From Selaginella moellendorffii (lineage: Eukaryota; Plantae; Lycopodiophyta), in NCBI RefSeq assembly GCF_000143415.4, contig NW_003314286.1:697766-761765 (forward strand): DNA of 64,000 nucleotides, written 5' to 3'. The notes under the pieces are model-generated. The model saw only the letters and a program-made list of their open reading frames with translations, was not told the DNA's origin and did no database searches. Positions 47,756-60,510 of the stretch are shown here, piece after piece. Positions within the stretch are counted from its first letter, which is position 1; the number at the start of each line of letters is the position of its first letter. Made by a program: the position numbers and the translations under genes.

Positions 47756-49029
47756 ACTCAATTATTCCATCAAATAATAGAAATAAATAAACAGCATGTA
47801 TAATATGTTAATGTTAATGTTTGAAAATTACTTTACTTTAATTAGAACATGTTTTACATTCTGTATTTTTGGTTTACTTAAGCAAACTTATAGGATGGTA
47901 ATGAATATACCTAAAATATTCTTGGATATTCTAGGATATTTTACCATCTAAAGGTTGTTATTTATTTAGATTAATCTTGTATTTATAATTTATAAATTTA
48001 ATGGTGCAATAAGATTAATTGTGTGTTTATAAATTACAAACATGCTTATAATTATAAACTTTATTTGATCAATTGGATTAATAAGTAATAATAAAATTAC
48101 CATTAAGAAAACCAAGAGTTACTACATGCAACATGTAGCAATTTTTTAATTATTGGTCTGCTTAATAGAATATATCTAGAATATGGTTGGATATTCTAAA
48201 ATATTCTACCATTTAACAATTGTATTGTTTATAATCTATAAACATTCCTAAACTCTTCTTAGTATAACACTAAAAAAACTATTCAAATTTTAGATGTCAT
48301 AAGTATTTTATAATTTAATTCCTAATACATTTGCAGTGTGTTTTTTTCTCTTATTGCTATGGGTGATTTCATGCAGCTTTGAAGATGCCTCCAACAAGCT
48401 CACTCACTTGAAACTTTACATTCGTGAGAAGGTATTGTATGGCAGGAGATATCTTCTTAACCCTCAAACTCTCTGCAGCCAAACGATGCTAAGAGTCCTT
48501 GGACGTCACCTGGTAGCAATAAACCAAGTTAGAAACAATTCTGCGGGTAACCAACCTTTTCTTGCACTCGCTCTCCCTGTTGTAAACATCCTCACCAAAT
48601 ACTTCTCATCGTCATCCAAGCTGAAGCGTGACTCCGCTCCTCAGCTGCTACAATCTTCCTCCGTCCTTCATCGCTGTAAAAAAAGAGGAAGGAATAGTAA
48701 TAGAAAGATCGTTTGCGTGGACTCGCGCGTCCAAGTCAAAGCCCAGCGTTTATGTCATGTTTTCCTCCAAAACTCGAGGTTCGGTCACTGTCCATCGATC
48801 AAGCCTCAATTTGCTCTTCCCAACGACTCCTCTTTGAAAAGACTCTCCCTCCTCCACTAATCTTTGTTTTCTAGCCCACTGCCCACTCGCATAATAGGGA
48901 GGAAGATCTAAGCTCCATCCATGGATATACGTTCCATGTCGATTGATTGATTCTGGTGCTTCTGGATCGTGGCTCTCGGCTCAATTCTCCAGGGAGAGGC
49001 GACCCTCGATCGATTCACTGGTCCAAAAA

Positions 49030-49766
49030 TGATTTTCTTGATGCTTCCCAGGGACAAGAGCAATCCATTGGAGCCAGTGGAGAATGTGGCGGCCGGGGTC
49101 GACCATAGCATCGTGATTGATCTCAAGGGGGCTCTGCTCAAATCCCTGAGCTAGTTTCAATACTTCATGCTCGTCGCGATCGAGGCCGAGAGCCCCCTAC
49201 GAGCGCTCGTCCTCTTTTTCATTCTTCCCTTCGCGTGGATCACTGGCTGCCTCGTCCATCCCGCGCTGGAGCTCCAGATTCTCTGCTTCAGGGCCTCGGC
49301 GGTGGAATCCGTGGGGCGGGCAGTTCTCGCGAAGTTTTTCCTCGAGGATCTAAACCCCGAGACCTTCCGGGTGTTCAAGGCTTGCGGGATGAGAATGGTG
49401 GTGACGAGCTTGCCAGCGCTGATGGTGGAGCCTCTGGCGAGCCACTACCTTGGCGCGAGCGCGATTGGATCCAAGCTGGGCATCACAAGCAGGTTACTGC
49501 ACTGGATTGATCAAGATGGTCGTTTGCAGCGAGAACAAAGCTCAGCTAGCTCAAAAACACTTCGGTGGGGATCGCGCTCCAATCAGCATTGGGATTGGAA
49601 GCGGTAGCGGCACCGATTTCCTGGGCGTTTGCAAGGTATGGATGGCCACTCGATCGATCCATTGAATTCTCTGATCTTTCTTCTCCCTCTCATAGAAATG
49701 CCTGGATGCTCGATCCAATCCCTCGCCCCCCTGCGCGACGGTGCCCAAGAAGGACTACATCAAGCC
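49030..49766 (+). pseudogene. GPAT truncated duplicate
   Basis: Copy of 54973-55730 with a TGG>TAG stop near 49152 and deletions; truncated at the duplication junction. Confidence 0.9.
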
Positions 49767-52321
49767 TACACTGTGCCGTTAAAGTTCTCGTTGCTCGGCG
49801 GAGTGCCAGGTTTTTGTGCGCCATTCTTTCCATTTCTTCTTGTCATTAACCGTTCTTCTGTGCAGGTGTCTCCGCCGAGGCTGCGGAAGTAAGGCTTGTG
49901 TAAGGTAAAGATCGATAGTTTACTGTTTCTTCGGGAACCGCCACTTCAGAGAACTCTGAGCGTAGAATTACAAGGAATAGAAAAAGATCGCTTGCTCGAA
50001 GTCCAAGCCCCAGTGTTGAGCCCCTGTTTCTTTTCTTCGTTCTTCCGTTCGCGTGGATCACTGGCTGACTCGTCCATCCCGCTCGCTACGTCGTGGTGGC
50101 GGAATTCAGGCTCTGATTAGAGGATCTAAACTCCGAGACCTTCGGAGTGTTCAAGGTTTGTGCTGATGAGCTTGCCGCTGATGGTGGAACCTCTGGCAAG
50201 CCACTACCTAGACTCGAGCTCGAATGGATCCAAGCTGGGTATCATCAGGGGTTAATTACTGGATCGATCAAGGTGGTGAACAGAGCCGGTGGCGATCGCG
50301 GCGCTCCAATCAGCTTTGGGATTGGAAGCGCGTTTGCAAACTATGGACATACATTTTGCAAGAGAAGCTCGATAATTACTATTGATCAATGGCAATTGAA
50401 CAAGACCTTGTAGTACGTAAGTTCACTTTTACAAACCTCAAAGTTCTTTTGATCGATAGAACCGCTTCCCCTCCCTCGACATCGATCGGATCAACAAGAT
50501 TGACACTAGTAGTTTACTGTTTCCTCGGGAGCCGCTACTTCAGAGAACTAGGAGAGTAGCATTACGGGGAATAGAAAAGGATTGTTGGCGTGGACTCGTG
50601 TCTCCACAGAGCTTGAGCACCTCCTCCTTTCGTTTGGGATCACTGGCTGACTCGTCCATCCCGCGCTGCAGCTCCAGATTCTCTGCTATGTCGCAGTGGC
50701 GGAATTCAGGGCCTTGGATTAATAATGGAAGAAGATCTAAACCCCAAGACGTTCTTGGTGTTCAACTTTTGCAAGCTCACGTAACCTGTACCAATCTGTG
50801 GCGTCCTGCGAGAGGCCACAGTTTCCCGACACTGGTCTGCTGCGTTAGCTATTCCTTGCGCAGCTCACCAGGACGTTGAGCCACACAAAGAGCTCGGAAT
50901 CATCGATTAGTCGGCGTGGTGGAGACGTATCAAATTTGTGTGTCCTGGGAGTCGTTGATCTAGAACGGACCAGGTCTGGAGTAGAATTCTTCAATTACTC
51001 AACTATTCTAGAGTAGTTGAGAAACGAAAAGAAGAAACTGACGACGAAATGCTCAGCGGAGAACGCAATCAGAAAGTTGATCCCTCTAATGGCGGCAAAA
51101 TCGAGAGCCCGTGGAGCCCTTTGGCGCTGCCAACTTCCCGAAAGAGCTCCCTCGACGTGTGGGTAGCTGGTCGCTCAGCTGATCGTCACCAATCCCCTTA
51201 CTCGCTGCTGAACTCGACTTAATGGGCCACAAGATCACGCGCTCCGGGTGGTCTATGGCTCCACTGACGGAGTTATCAACTTGAAGCTCCACGATCCTCG
51301 CTAGCGGCGGGTGGGGAGTGGACATTGGAGCTGGCCAGTTGCTCGGCGATGGAAGCAAGTCCTTTTCATCACCAGGACTCGCTCAACTTCCTTGGTCGTG
51401 GCTCGATGGTGAGGATTCTAGAGGCTGCTGCCGAGTCAGCCCAGGTCACTTGCCACCCATTCGACACGCGCGGTTGTTTGTGATGGACGAATCGCATGCA
51501 AACGAGCGGCGGCGATGGAGGAGTGACGACTCCGGCTTTGCTCTTCCTGGTCGAGAGGCTGGAGCTATGGCAGCCCTTTGTGGCACTTGGTTCCTCGGAA
51601 GATTGTTCCAAGGATTGCAATCGAGCTGGATGTTAGTGCGTGGGCCTCCTGACTCTCCTCGAGCTTGACTTCCAGTATCTCTAGCCGGACATGGTCGCCA
51701 CTACCGCTGCTGGAATCCGAGCCGAGCAGTGGGAGCCCAGCTGCCCTTCAAGTTCACGTTGGTGCCAGGTTTGTGTATTTCTTTTCTTCGTGTGAGGAAC
51801 CACTTCCTTTTTTGTGTTTTTCTTTGCAGGTATCTCGGTCGGGGCTGCTACAAAAGTAAGATATGCTGTTCGCTAGCAAAAACTACGATCTACTAGTAGT
51901 AGTGTGGAGAACTCCATCACGTAAGTTTTCACATCATGCGAGAGACTCTTTCCAAAACCAAGCGCTACCTCCAAAGAATTCCCCCCGACTCGCACGTCCA
52001 GTCAAGTTTCCTCCAAAGCTTGAGGCTCAGTCACCCGATCGAGCCTCAATTTGCTCTTCCCTGATTCGTCTTTGTAAAGAGTCTCTATCTTTGTTTTCTA
52101 AGGGAAGATCTCGTACAGAAAAAGAGAGAATCTCCATCCATGGATGCGTTACAGTAGATTGATTCTGGATCCGTACCGCCATCTGGTGCTGGATTATGGG
52201 TCTCATTTCTTTATAGCAAGCAACGAATTAAGCAAAGCTGAAGATGCTGTACTGGAACCGTAATACTTGAGCAAGTGGATTTCCTAGCCTCTTAGCCATA
52301 GCCATAGCGCAGTTCTAAGTG

Positions 52322-53863
52322 ATGGCAAGTGTTGAAGAGGTCAGGAACAGCTACAACTTTGTACAGGCTGGACTAAGCACTTTGGCTGCTGCAGCGAGTG
52401 TAGCGTTATGCCTGGCGAGGGGAAGGCTGGATTCAGAGATGGGCTTGGCAGATTTGTTCGGTACAACAAGGTTGAGGGCTCAGAACAATCACGGAGCTCT
52501 GATTTCCCATGTGGGCGACAATGGCACCATTGTAGGAGTAAACGTCCATGGACAGAATCCTAACACTGTGCATTGGGTTGCACATAACACTTGGGTTCTT
52601 GGCAGCTGTTGCGTTCTGGTCCCGCTTTGGAGTAAGTATGAAGCAAATTCAGCTGATGGCTGCACTTGTTGGCACATTCCGAGCATTACTTTCAAAGGCA
52701 CTGGGAGAGACCCTACCCCTATCGTCAATGGAGCAGCAGCTGTTGCATCAGATCCACAATGCTGCAAGATTCCCTCCTACCAGTGTGATGTTCATGGAAA
52801 GGGAACGATGCAGGATCTGCACGCCAGAGTAATCCGAGACACTTCAGGAGGCTTGGCTTTGAATTCTATGATGCTGGAAGGGCCGAGCCAGCTCTACCAA
52901 TGGATGCTCGAAGAAGACCAGCAGTGCACGTACTTGTTTGGGGTTGACAAGCTTGGTGCTAGTGCTCTTGCCAGAATGGTAGCGGAGAGCTTGGCCACGT
53001 TGGATTCCAGCCAGAAAGGAAGAACATCAGATTTAGTGGACTGGAGCCTGGGCAAGGTCCAACTCTCCGACAAACCTAACCTCCAATGGTTTGGGAATGC
53101 GGCAACTGTGGTCTTGGTAGCCATGACAGAGTTGACCTTGATATTGCTCTTGTCTTTAGTGTTCGGGTTGGATCCTTTTGTATCATGCCTGGGAGCTAGA
53201 AGAGGAATCAGATCACTTCGGCTGGGCAGCAACGGTGTTACACAGTTCGCGGACTTATGGCTTTGGAAGGTCCAGGGCCGAGAAATCGACGATGTTGACG
53301 GCCGGAAAACCTCCATACTTGTGGTGAGGCCGAGACGAGACCTGAAGCTCTACCATGTGGATTGCACGTTTAAGATCGTCGGTTTGCTCATAGCAGCAGC
53401 CTTCTGGATGCTCACAGTGTTTGGGATAGTCCATCCTTTTGGTCTGAAGAGAGATTCTGCATGGGGAAGTGTAGGAATATGGGCAGCTTATGTAGTGCTG
53501 GTGGGGAATGTAGTAGGAATAGTGTCTTCAGGATTGCCATTGAGGTTGGAGAGCTCATTACCAGGTCAGAGCCGTGATCCTGGGTACGGGATGCTGGGTT
53601 ATAGCTTAATGCAGTGCCTGGTAGAACTTGCGGTGACTAGTTTGAGGCTTGTGCCGAGGCTGGGTGATTCCAAGTGGTTGGTGAGGTGTTGGTATATAGT
53701 GTTGGAGATTGGCATTTGGGTTGAGTGGTGTGCAGCCAAGAGGAGCTTGTGTACTGGGCCTCAGTCATCAGCACCTATTGCATGGGAGCTCACTGTGCTT
53801 CAAGCTGGAGCTCTGGCTAGAGCTGCAATCCTTGCTGCAGTTAGTGGCAAATGGACCAACTAA
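52322..53863 (+). CDS. Unknown intronless multi-pass membrane protein, copy B
   Basis: ~513 aa; differs from copy A only by substitutions and in-frame indels. Confidence 0.8.
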   Translation: MASVEEVRNSYNFVQAGLSTLAAAASVALCLARGRLDSEMGLADLFGTTRLRAQNNHGALISHVGDNGTIVGVNVHGQNPNTVHWVAHNTWVLGSCCVLVPLWSKYEANSADGCTCWHIPSITFKGTGRDPTPIVNGAAAVASDPQCCKIPSYQCDVHGKGTMQDLHARVIRDTSGGLALNSMMLEGPSQLYQWMLEEDQQCTYLFGVDKLGASALARMVAESLATLDSSQKGRTSDLVDWSLGKVQLSDKPNLQWFGNAATVVLVAMTELTLILLLSLVFGLDPFVSCLGARRGIRSLRLGSNGVTQFADLWLWKVQGREIDDVDGRKTSILVVRPRRDLKLYHVDCTFKIVGLLIAAAFWMLTVFGIVHPFGLKRDSAWGSVGIWAAYVVLVGNVVGIVSSGLPLRLESSLPGQSRDPGYGMLGYSLMQCLVELAVTSLRLVPRLGDSKWLVRCWYIVLEIGIWVEWCAAKRSLCTGPQSSAPIAWELTVLQAGALARAAILAAVSGKWTN

Positions 53864-54972
53864 ACTCAATTATTCCTAGAACTAAACATAATCAAATAAC
53901 ATAAATAAATAGAAAGCATGTATAATGTACTTTACTTTAATTGGAATATGTTTTTAATCAAAGTAAAATTTTCTGTATTTAGTGGAGTGGATACACCTAG
54001 AATATATATGGATATTCTAGGAACCTTCTAACGGTTATTCATTTAAATCAATTTTGTATTTTTAATTTATAAACAAACACTTTCTAGCATATTCTTTTTT
54101 ATTCTACCATCTAATGGTTGATTTGCAAAAAGATTAATCTTGTGTTTATAAATTATAAATTTTTATTTGATCAATTGGATTAATAAGTAAGAATAACACT
54201 ACTATTAATGTTGCTAACCCGTCATAAGTACTTTACAATTTAATTCCTTTTCCATAATTTTTAATACAGTCTTCTAAGGTTGCATCAGTTGCTATTTTTT
54301 TCTCTTATTGCTAAATAAGTTGGGGCGAATTCTTGCCGCTTTGAAGCTCCATGCCTCACTTGAAGCTTTACATTCACTTGTATCATGAGAGGTATTGTAT
54401 GGCGGGAAACGTCGCAACCAAACGATGATAGGACTCCTTGGACGTCACTTGGTAGAGACAATAAACCAAGTTAGAAATAATTCCGCGGGTGACCAACCTT
54501 TTCTTGCACTCGCTCTCCTCGTTGTAAACATCCTCGCCAAATACTTCTCATCGCCGTCCAAGCTGAAGCCTGACTCCGCTCCTCGGCTGCTACAATCTCC
54601 TTTTGTCGCTGTAAAAAAAGAGGAAGGAGTAATAATAATAGAAAGATCGTTTGCGTGGACTCGCGCGTCCAAGTCAAAACCCAGCGTTTATGTCATGGTT
54701 TCCTCCAAAACTCGAGGTTCGGTCACCGTCCATCGATCGAGCCTCAATTTGCTCTTCCCAACGACTCCACTGATCTTTGTTTTCTAGCCCACTGCCCACT
54801 CGCATAATAGGGAGCCATAGGGAGGAAGATCTAAGCTCCATCCATGGATGCGTTCCAGGTTGATTGATTGATTCTTGGATCAATCGGTACTGCCGTGGTG
54901 GGTTTCTGCTCCTGGATCGTGGCTCTCGGCTCAATCCTCCAGGGAGAGGCGATCCTCGATCGTGGTCGAAAT

Positions 54973-56589
54973 ATGATTTTCTTGACGCTTCCCAGGGACA
55001 AGAGCAATCCATTGGAGCCAGTGGAGAATGCGGCGGCCGGCGACGACGATAGCATCGTGATCGATCTCGAGGGGGCTCTGCTCAAATCCCCGAGCTGGTT
55101 TCAATACTTCATGCTCGTCGCGATCGAGGCCGGGAGCCCCCTACGAGCGCTCCTCCTCTTTTTCATTCTTCCCTTCGCGTGGATCACTGGCTGCCTCGTC
55201 CATCCCGCGCTGGAGCTCCAGATTCTCTGCTTCGTGGCGGTGGCCGGATTGAGGGCCTCGGCGGTGGAATCCGTGGGGCGGGCAGTTCTCGCGAAGTTTT
55301 TCCTCGAGGATCTAAACCCCGAGACCTTTCGGGTGTTCAAGGCTTGCGGGAAGAGAATGGTGGTGACGAGCTTGCCAGCGCTGATGGTGGAGCCTCTGGC
55401 GAGCCACTACCTTGACGCGAGCGCGATTGGATCCAAGCTGGGCATCACAAGCAGGGGTTACTGCACTGGATTGATCAAGATGGTCGTTTGCAGCGAGAAC
55501 AAAGCTCAGCTAGCTCAAAAACACTTCGGTGGCGATCGCGCTCCAATCAGCATTGGGATTGGAAGCGGTAGCGGCACCGATTTCCTGGGCGTTTGCAAGG
55601 TATGGATGGCCACACGATCGATCCATTGAATTCTCTGATCTTTCTTCTCCCTCTCATAGAAATGCCTGGATGCTCGATCCAATCCCTCGCCCCCCTGCGC
55701 GACGGTGCCCAAGAAGGACTACATCAAGCCGCTCGTCTTCCACGACGGCCGCCTCATCAAATCGCCCACGCCGCTCCACTGCCTGGCCATCGGGCTCTGG
55801 ATCCCTCTCGCGCTCCCGCTCGCCATCATACGCGTCGTCGTCGGCCTCGCCCTGCCCAGCCGCCTCGCCCTCCCCGCCGAGGCCCTCCTCGGCATCTCCA
55901 TCCGCGTCGCGGGCTGCATACCGCCGGGCGCCGCCGGGTCAACGGACGAGACCGAGCCAACGCGCCCCGCGGCACACCGCGGCGTGCTCTTCGTCTGCAC
56001 GCACCGGTCGCTGCTGGACCCGGTCTTCATCTCCTACGCCCGGATGCGCCACGTCAAGACGGTCACGTACTCGGTCAGCCCCGTGTCGGAGGTGCTGTCC
56101 CCGATACGCACCGCACGGCTCACCCGGTGCCGCGAGCACGACGCGCGGACCATGGCGCGGCTGCTGGACACGGGCGACCTGGCGGTGTGCCCCGAGGGCA
56201 CCACTTGCCGCGAGCCATTCCTGCTGCGATTCAGCGCCCTGTTCGCGGAGCTCACGGACCGGATCGTCCCGGTCGGGGTCACGAGCAGCCTGACGATGTT
56301 CCATGCCACTACCGCGCGCGGCTGGAAGGCGCTAGATCCACTCTTCTTCTTCATGAATCCCAGGCCGGGATACGAGGTCCGGTTCCTGGCGCCACTGGCA
56401 GCGGAGGAGACGTGTGTGGGCGGTGGCAGGCCCAGCCACGAGGTGGCCAACCGCGTCCAGAGGATGCTGGGCGAGTCGCTGGGCTACCAGTGCACGAATC
56501 TCACGAGGAGGGACAAGTACCGGATGTTGGTAGGGAACGATGGCATCGTCGGAGGAGGAGGAGGGAGGCCTTGTCCGTTTAGGAAGTGA
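54973..56589 (+). CDS. GPAT: Land-plant sn-2 glycerol-3-phosphate acyltransferase (cutin/suberin-type), 2 exons
   Basis: [46 protein letters not shown] and FFFMNPRP. Intron 55600-55659 keeps the frame. Confidence 0.93.
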
Positions 56590-56749
56590 TGTCCATGATC
56601 TTCCATACAATACACTCTTCTTTCATTGTTTCTAAAATGGTCAATGTGTGAGTCAACAGTTGGTCAAAAGCTCAAACGCGTCAAGCATTACTAAAGTCAC
56701 CTAAACACTGTTTTAGGAGGCTTTGAAGGGGGCGGAGGAGCGAGTGGCG

Positions 56750-58000
56750 CAAGTTGGCTGCCATGAATGATCCTCTGCCTCCCCGGCCCGCAGATGGATC
56801 ATCCGTTTGCAATCATTCTCAGCAAGCGGATCATCCGTTTGTGATCATTCTCAGCAAGCCCCCCGCAGCTGACATCGTCAGGAAACACCGCGTCGCTCAT
56901 GGCGTCTTGCAGCATGCTCTAGCGCAGGCGCTGCTACCACTGATGGTGACCATGAACCAGTAAGTGTGGATCCATCCTCTAGTGGGTGTTGATCTTTTCG
57001 GGATGAGTGACCGGCTACAGATCGCTGACCAAAGTTTCTCCAGCGTGAAGTAGGAGCAGGCTTGGTGTCGGACATCGAGGAGGACAGGCAGCTTCTATGG
57101 ATTCAGCTGGTTTCTGGGTCAAGGTGCTCGATACTTGCGTGTAAAAGAAGATTGCAGATGCATGGGTGGTTGACTGCCAATGTGATTGGCACAGTCACTT
57201 AGATCTTACTAACTTGGTGCAGCCTCTGGCCGGGAATGGGATATGGCAAGCCATGAAGACTGCTATTAGGGAAGGATTGATCAACGTTGAGAAAGGTCGG
57301 ATCTACGTGATGCAGCTGCTGGCATCATGCGTGGGATTTCCAATAACTCCTTCAAAGGTTTGGCTTCAAACTTCTCTCGTTTAGATTAAATTCTTGTTTC
57401 AAAAAGAGTGTATAGTTCAAGTGGTTTGCAAAGTTTAAGATGCAGCGATGATGTGTCTGGTAGATTAATATTAATCCAGGATTATAATAATTGTCAAGAT
57501 TGCAGACTTTGGTCTAGCGAAAATAGATTTTTGTGATAGGAAGAATAGATCTGATGGCTGAAGTGCTGATTTATGACATGATCCTAGGTGGACTTCATTA
57601 ATCCAAGTGTAGGCTAGAGGTGTGTCTCTTGATCATGTCTATTTGGCTATGATGATATATTCAAGCGATCCTTGAGTTATCTCTGTCCCTTGTAGCTTCC
57701 GCATGTCTCTTCATGGTATCAGGGCCTTGAGGGCTGCAGATCTTGGGATGATGGTGCTGAGGCTAGTGAGGTGAGCCACCAGACATGCTTGAGCTGGAAC
57801 TCTTGGCTATATGGCTTTAGAAGTTAATGACACGGGCTCCACAGGCTACTTGAGAAAAGCCGATGTTTACAGCCGTGTTTTTACAGGAAGTGCTGGTTAT
57901 GAAATCCCTCTAGTGTGCTCAATCTCTCTGAGAAATCTCATACAAAAATGCTGGAGTCTATGGCCGGCCTTGCATCCATTGTTTGATGCCATTTCAGTGA
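56750..58000 (+). pseudogene. Protein kinase remnant
   Basis: Scattered IVKIADFGLAK, AGTLGYMALEV, KADVYS and LRNLIQKCW fragments with stops. Confidence 0.7.
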
Positions 58001-58324
58001 CTTGAGGATTCAAGTTCAGGCCTGGAGCAGCTTGGATGAAGAGGACTCAATCACAGCGTTTACATCACGCCTGTCTCAAGGTTTTCAACTCCAAGTGAAT
58101 CTTGGGATTGTTAGTTTTGAACAAGCACTTGTTACTTCATTTCTACTTCTATGTTTAATAATACTTGAAGATTTAAAAGTTCACGCTTTGTTAATAACAA
58201 CATACTATGATTTTGACTTTTTCGTTTATTAAAAGGTTGTTGTTTGTTTTAATCCTTATGATTAAAGTCAGTTAAGAATATTCATGCCATTCAGCTGACA
58301 ATAACCGACACCCACAAAGAAAGA

Positions 58325-59122
58325 GTGGCGATGGTTGCGACCACCACCACCAACAACAACAAATGGCACACCACAGTTGCAGTGTACCCCCGCTGCATTC
58401 GCGTCGCCTTGATGAGCACCCATGACGCACAAGAATTCAAAAACAAGCTCTATCAAGAACTTTGTGAAGCTGACCAAGTTTGCAAGAAAAATGGAGAAGT
58501 TTGGCTGGGAGATGTCTGCCTTGGCTCACTCCCGATCCTTGCTCCTAATGGATATCATCTCATCCTCATCCGAAGAACTAGCAGTTTGGTCGTTTGCCAC
58601 AGCTTGGAAACTGGCAAGAGAGAGCCTCAAATTGATCCAGCAGACATCACCAACATGCTAGTTGACATGTTCTTCTCAAACTTTCAGGCTACTATTTGGT
58701 ACTGGGCTGTAGAGATCTTATGCAAGTTGAGTGGTTTTTCCAAGGGAAAGATTCAAGTGAATTGGAAACAAGCTCTCTTTGGACAGGGACTTGAGGGAGA
58801 GGAATGGGAAAGTCACCACACTGTTTATGTGTGGAATTTGTTAAGGAGGACCATCTTAACAGAGATATGGTGGCTCTACAATCACTCTTTGGTGGAAGAT
58901 ACCAGCAAAGTGAGTGCGAGGTACCTTGTCCAGCAAATATGGCTAAGCTTGAGGCTTTATATACTGCTTGAGTGGAGCCAAGTCGTCAAGGAAAAGGATG
59001 AAACGCTGGCTAGAACTTTTGAAAAGAGGTGGCTTACCAATGGGTTTGCTGGGATGAGGACGAGAAACTGGGTACTGTGGATGTGGCAGGAGCCACTCTT
59101 GATTTCCAGGCTCAGCTTTTGA
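58325..59122 (+). mobile_element. ORF resembling the C-terminal region of a LINE ORF2
   Basis: Trp-rich VWNLLRRTILTEIWWLYN pattern, like the W-IW--RN motif after zf-RVT. No RT core seen. Confidence 0.4.
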
Positions 59123-60117
59123 GCATGGAAATCTCATCTTATTCAATGAATAAATCAATCAAGCTAAAAAACTTCTTTGAGTTAGCTTCAAAGTATGCAA
59201 AGAAACTAGTTCCTTTTCTTCAGTCTTGGAGACATTATGAACGTGAACAGCATTGCCAACAAGTAGCTTGTGTCGACCAGAGTGTAGAAATCTTTCCATT
59301 TTTCCAGACGCTTGGATCGATGCCAAAAATGAGCCTTTGAGGCGTATCTGATTCCAAATAGACCTTGTGGAATGCAATGAGTTGCTTGAGAGGAGCGCCC
59401 TCCACTGGTGGAGGAGCCGAGAAGATCAGCAGCGAGTGGCTTCTAGACCTAGGCCCGAGATTGTTTACTTCCAGAACAAAATGCTGTTTGCAAGTTTCCA
59501 TTGGTAAATGAAAGCATGTCTCAGGAGTTTCCTCTATTACTCCTGAAGGAGCCTAGAAAATGAGTAAGTTAAGTAGGACAATCCATGGCCAAAATTGTAG
59601 AGTGGTGTGGTGTAGAATCGATAGCTTCTCCCTGGATATCCTGATGGAGTTTTGGATTCAATCCATGTAAGTTCTAAGTTTGCAAAGAAGGAAAGAAAGA
59701 GAAGGAATACCTAGATTGCAAGCTCCAAAAAAGACATGAGAACTTCTGGACTGACTAGGATACATGATCCAAATAACACTTGAGATCTGTGGATTGTCCT
59801 TGAAAGCCAAGATATTAACAGGTCCACAGACATGATCATGAGAACAACAGGACAAGTGATGGCATTTGCAACACTGGAGACAAATTGAAACTGCATTCCA
59901 GAAGAAGCAAGCTTGCTCTATTGAAAGTCTCCCTCTCCTAGGACTGGTCGAGGCTGACCATCAAAACCACAGCATCCGCCTTGGTTGCCACCTCAACCAT
60001 GGACGTTACCAGGTCACCTCAACTGCATGCTGGATAAGTTCGTTGGTCACAAACGACTTATAAAAATAGATTTCACCTAGCTAGACAAAGATTTCTAGAA
60101 CTTGACACCCTCTCCAA

Positions 60118-60390
60118 TCAAGTAGAAGAGTGTGCAGTTGAATGACACCGCCCTTTGTAGCAGCCGGAGCAAGACCGCCAAACTGGACTCCCGGGAGCTT
60201 CTTGACACCAGTGATAACTAAGAACTCCCAGCCGGGGAATGACCATCGCGTCCACTTTCTCGTCCAGAGTGAGCCTCGAAACGAAGTCTTGGATGCGAAC
60301 ATCAATGCTGAGCTTGGTATCCAAGGCTGGCATAGAAAACGGCCAGGATTATGCAGAGTCATCTCAGCAACAAGCGTTCCAAAGTGGACT
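60118..60390 (-). pseudogene. Beta-xylosidase (GH3, BXL-like) N-terminal fragment
   Basis: DTKLSIDVRIQDFVSRLTLDEKV..IPRLGVLSYHWCQEA, frameshifted and truncated. Confidence 0.8.
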
Positions 60391-60510
60391 AGATGATACT
60401 CCTAGCAGACCTTTGTAAATACGCAATGAAGTCAAGATTTTGTTGTGCAATCTTTTGATTGATGAAATCGTGGCGCTGTAAAATATAGAAAACAGCCTCC
60501 AGACTGTGAT

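Larger units (their letters stand above)
44152..55730 (+). repeat. Tandem segmental duplication, two ~5.6-6 kb units (44152-49766 and 49769-55730)
   Basis: Each unit runs F-box tail, GPAT/DUF668/F-box fragments, membrane-protein gene, GPAT 5' part. Junction GACTACATCAAGCC|TACACTGTGCCG near 49766. Confidence 0.9.

Noticed and set aside
54844-54972. Longer GPAT N-terminus
   Set aside because: The upstream ATG is followed by an in-frame TGA; the ATG at 54973 fits the usual family length.
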